Shown piece by piece: positions 60,601 through 64,000 of a DNA stretch of 64,000 bases. Each line of letters begins with the position of its first letter. The stretch's first letter is position 1. A program made the translations under genes and the position numbers. The notes below the pieces were generated by a model, which searched no databases, was not told the DNA's origin, and was given only the letters and a program-made list of their open reading frames with translations. Origin of the DNA: Macrostomum lignano (lineage: Eukaryota); contig NIVC01003619.1 of NCBI GenBank assembly GCA_002269645.1, positions 1-64,000 on the forward strand. The letters are read 5' to 3'.

Positions 60601-63600
60601 CATTTGGCTAGCAACCAAATGAAACTTTTGGTAACAGTGGTCAACTGAATGGCATAACTGTTTGCCTCCTCACTGGCTTCAGGCTGCATGGCCATTGTTA
60701 TAGACAATATTTACTTCTTACTTAGGGATTATAAGCTAATCTCTCTCTGGTAAATTTTAACGGCTTATTTTCTGGTTTATTCCAGTTTATGATGCCTCAG
60801 TGGCTTTTTGGCTGTCTCTTCTTGCATACTGTCATTGCGTTTTTTCCTCCTCATTTGTTAGGCACCCAGGGGTAAGCGCTGCGGAGGCCTGGTTTAATGG
60901 CATCCTCAGCGACGCCAGCAACTTCCGGCCAGAGTACCTGCTGCTCCTGCCTGCCTATCACATCCTGCTCTTTGGCGAAGAGTTTCGCAGCAGCGAAGGC
61001 ATTCCCCTGAAGCGAGAAACTTTTCTGGACCTGCTGAAGACAAACAGGGGCGACAGTCTGTTCGAGTGGTGCGGCTTGACGAAGCAGTTTTACAGACTCG
61101 CCAGTCAGTGGGGGTAAGCGTCAGCGTGCACTAACGCCTAGTTTAGTACTTATCCAACCCAGTGAAGGTCTTCTACTATTTTTGGTTAATGAAAAATATT
61201 TCTTGCTGGTGTCTTATTTTGTGGAACTGTGACCCAAAAATAGCATTTAACAAATTCTTAACTCATTTCTAATTGATTTTACTTTCAACTAGTAGCGCCT
61301 GTTGCTACCCTTCTTCACAAGTACAATTGTGGATGATAAAATTTCTTCCTTATTAAGCTATCTCGTTTCCTTTTCCTAACCTTCTCGATGGATCAGCACC
61401 CATTTATTAGATAAGTATTGTTCTAAAATTTAATTCAATCAAATATTTAAAAAACTGCAGGACCAAGGTCAGCCAAGCTATCGAATACGTGAAGACGCAG
61501 CTTTTACAGTACCGGCTGGTCGACCCGTTCATCCCGCGTTGCTACGCCGCCTTCATGGGTCTGCGGCTGTTTGACGCCGACCTGGAGCCCGCTGATTGGC
61601 TGCCCGCCAGCGTGAAGCTCGCCCTGATTGGCTACAACCTGGCCCAGCCGCCGCCTGGCACCACCGACTTTGGCTTCAAGGCGTCGCTGCCAGAAAAGCA
61701 TTCGGCTTTCGGCGTGAGTCAATCGCTTTAAAATATTGGGGCAGTCGCGAGCTATAATTTTATCATTCTTTAGCGATTGCACTTGTGAGTAAAGTTAGGA
61801 TGAAGTTAGGAACTCAGCACTTGGCGGCTAGCCTTGCACTTGCGATTGTAGCTAGACAACAAAATTCAACGAAGGGTATCGCGCAGTCTACTCTTGTGAG
61901 CTACTATATTTATTCTCAATATAATATATGGCGGGGTTGACACAAGCTTTAGCGGGGGGTTGTAAGTGTGCATGACTTGCCATCTACGTTATAACAAATC
62001 AATGTGAAGGCGGTGAGAAAAGGTGGCGTGAGGCGCGGAGGGGGGCAGGTGCAATAGGCGAAGCATGAGTAATAGTAAAAGTACAGACATACAATTAACG
62101 ATTTTGAGTCAGTGCAGTCGTACTCATAAAAAGATGCAAAGAAAACCTTTACTCTTCAATCCATAGGATTTGTACACAAATCATCCGGGGCTCACACTGG
62201 GGCAAGAAATTGGGACAAAGCATCCGATATGCCTATCTCATCCTCACAACGTATTGCAGATCTTCTACAACACTCTGTCAGCCCAGTTGGAGTCCTGCTC
62301 TGAAGCTTCAGCAGCAACCGAGCTGCAGCTCTGCCTGGAGCTGCATTGCCAAACTTTCGAGATTCTCTGCAAGCGCGTCTCTGAAAATGGCCACAAGCCT
62401 CTGTCCAAGCATTTGAAGCGTCCAAACGACACAATCAGCTGCCTGCTGGCCGCCGTGAATCTCACAATTGTTCTGTGCAAGTCGATCTCCGATGGCGTGG
62501 CTGAGTCAGCTGCCGGGAAGAAGGTTGTTGCGCAGCTCACGCTGCTTGAGAACGACGTTTTTCGAAGTGAGGACAAAGGCGATCCGTCAACTGTTGAGGT
62601 TAGCAAATTTTCTCATTCTCAATCTCAATAACTCAACCCGCGATCTGACTCATACATACTTTGACTGCTGCTTTCTCTAGCTGCTCTCCCAGCTGTATAG
62701 CACCGTGAAAGACTGCAAGTCAAGCCTGGCAGAGCCCTGTCGCGCTGCACTGGACAAGCTTGTGGACTGTCTGCTGTACAAATCCGATTTCGTGAGTTGA
62801 ACAGTTTGGCTTATTCAGAAGTCCTTATGAAGTGCTGGATTTTAGCAATAGGAAGTGCCCCTAATTCTCATAATTTCAGGACAGCGTACTCAACCTACTG
62901 GACAGCAAGCACCTCCGCACCGAGGCTCTGCAATCAAGCGTGTCTGGCGTGGCAGTGAACAAGATCACAGCTTCGTCAAACTCAGAGGTTTGTCCTTAAA
63001 CATCTGATATTCCTCGGGTGGACAGCTCAGCCACCGAACAAGCATTACTCCCGCAGGGTTCAGTGGTTTCCTTCTTTCGCCGGCTGCTCAGTTCGCCAAG
63101 TACCGAGCCGCTCAGAAAGATCGGCCAGCTGTGTTTCACTCAGTTTCGCCAGGTGGAGCCGGGCCCAAACTCGCACTTGCTGTTTGCCCTGTCCTGGAAG
63201 CTGTGCAGGCAGTTGGTCTGTCACCAAGGTAAGCTGAGCTTTCAGCCTTGATATAAAAATAATTTCTGCTATCTCGTGTTAATGAGCTCCAAATAATTTC
63301 AGACTACAAGAAGCTGAAGAGCAAGATGGAGTCGGATTTTGCCAGCCTGCTGAAGCAGTGTCTGTCGGCAGTGCGCCAGACTCTCAAGGAGCTCTGCCAG
63401 GCCCCACAGGCGACGCCGATGGACACCGCCAAGCTGCTGATTGGCAAGCAGGCCGAGCTGCTGGAGTATCACCGGGAACTGGACAAGCAGAAGCGGCTGA
63501 AAGGCGTCAAGGCTAGGGATTCGCAGCTTCGCGCAGCTCTGGAAACTTTCAAGCAGCAGATCTGCGTCATCGACTCTGGAGTGGAGGAGTTGCGTCACTT

Positions 63601-63638
63601 TGCTGGTCTCTGTGCTGACAAGCTGGAGCCGAAGTACT
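57677..63638 (+). CDS. 5' part of a very large multi-exon gene, tentatively RNF213 (mysterin)-like; exons 57677-59929, 60086-60360, 60862-61113, 61461-61713, 62260-62598, 62681-62791, 62880-62987, 63057-63228, 63303-63638, probably continuing beyond the window
   Basis: Nine exons chain in phase through GT-AG junctions. Architecture: CxxC zinc-ribbon N-terminus, low-complexity repeat, beta-rich segment, then helical segments with LLHF and LLLLPAYH motifs. The gene itself is well supported; the RNF213 identity rests on architecture only. Confidence 0.5.
58168..59072 (+). repeat. Coding tandem repeat, 30/27-bp units (ATMSDAEKTQ / TMSDAEQTQ), 30 copies
   Basis: In frame within the 756-aa ORF, which is open through unique sequence on both sides. 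Confidence 0.92.
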
Positions 63639-64000
63639 GTAAGCCGGCACTGTTGCAACTCTTTGAATGGCATTCATAAACTATAAGGTTGAGGTCAAGT
63701 AGCACGCTTGAATATGTAACAATGGTTCCTTGGTAGTTGGTTCAATATTCTTTCCAACGCGTTTCGGTGCGTCATGGACCATCGTCAGGGTCGATTGCGC
63801 CTTTTGGAAACGCACTAGAATACAAGTTTTGTACCAGCTTTCTTGTTCTGTGGTTCAGAGCATTTCCTACATTGGAAAAAAATAACTACACCTACCCCAA
63901 TGGGCAGCTATTGTGCGGCGCATCTGAAGGCACATGTTGTTCCGACTGGGTCGAGAATCGAACCCTTGACCTTTCAATTGTGAGTCTGGCGTTCAAGACT

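Overview
Eukaryotic (animal) genomic DNA: GC-rich exons, GT-AG introns, no rRNA, no canonical tRNA gene and no CRISPR array. The style (minisatellite-filled introns, GC-rich exons) resembles a free-living flatworm such as Macrostomum, but that is an impression only. Genes in order: 3' end of an ABCA transporter (+); claudin/PMP22-like gene with broken frames (+); two-domain phosphoethanolamine N-methyltransferase (-); intronless peptide GPCR (-); 4-exon FMRFamide-type GPCR (-); HSD17B10 (+); intronless GOSR1/Gos28-like gene lacking a recognisable SNARE motif (-); fascin (+); DUF4062-NACHT-WD40 (NWD-like) gene (+); and the 5' part of a very large, possibly RNF213-like gene (+). Two features stand out. 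(1) Sharply bounded AT-rich domains (~17.7-27.8 kb, ~30.8-32.9 kb, more weakly ~57-58 kb) in which transposon remnants show C-to-T changes at both CpG and CpA, resembling fungal RIP. (2) About 20 unrelated minisatellites, many with units built on the host gene's own splice donor, acceptor or stop codon. Single-base indels in genes in the first 6 kb look like consensus errors. All exon coordinates and counts were made by eye.
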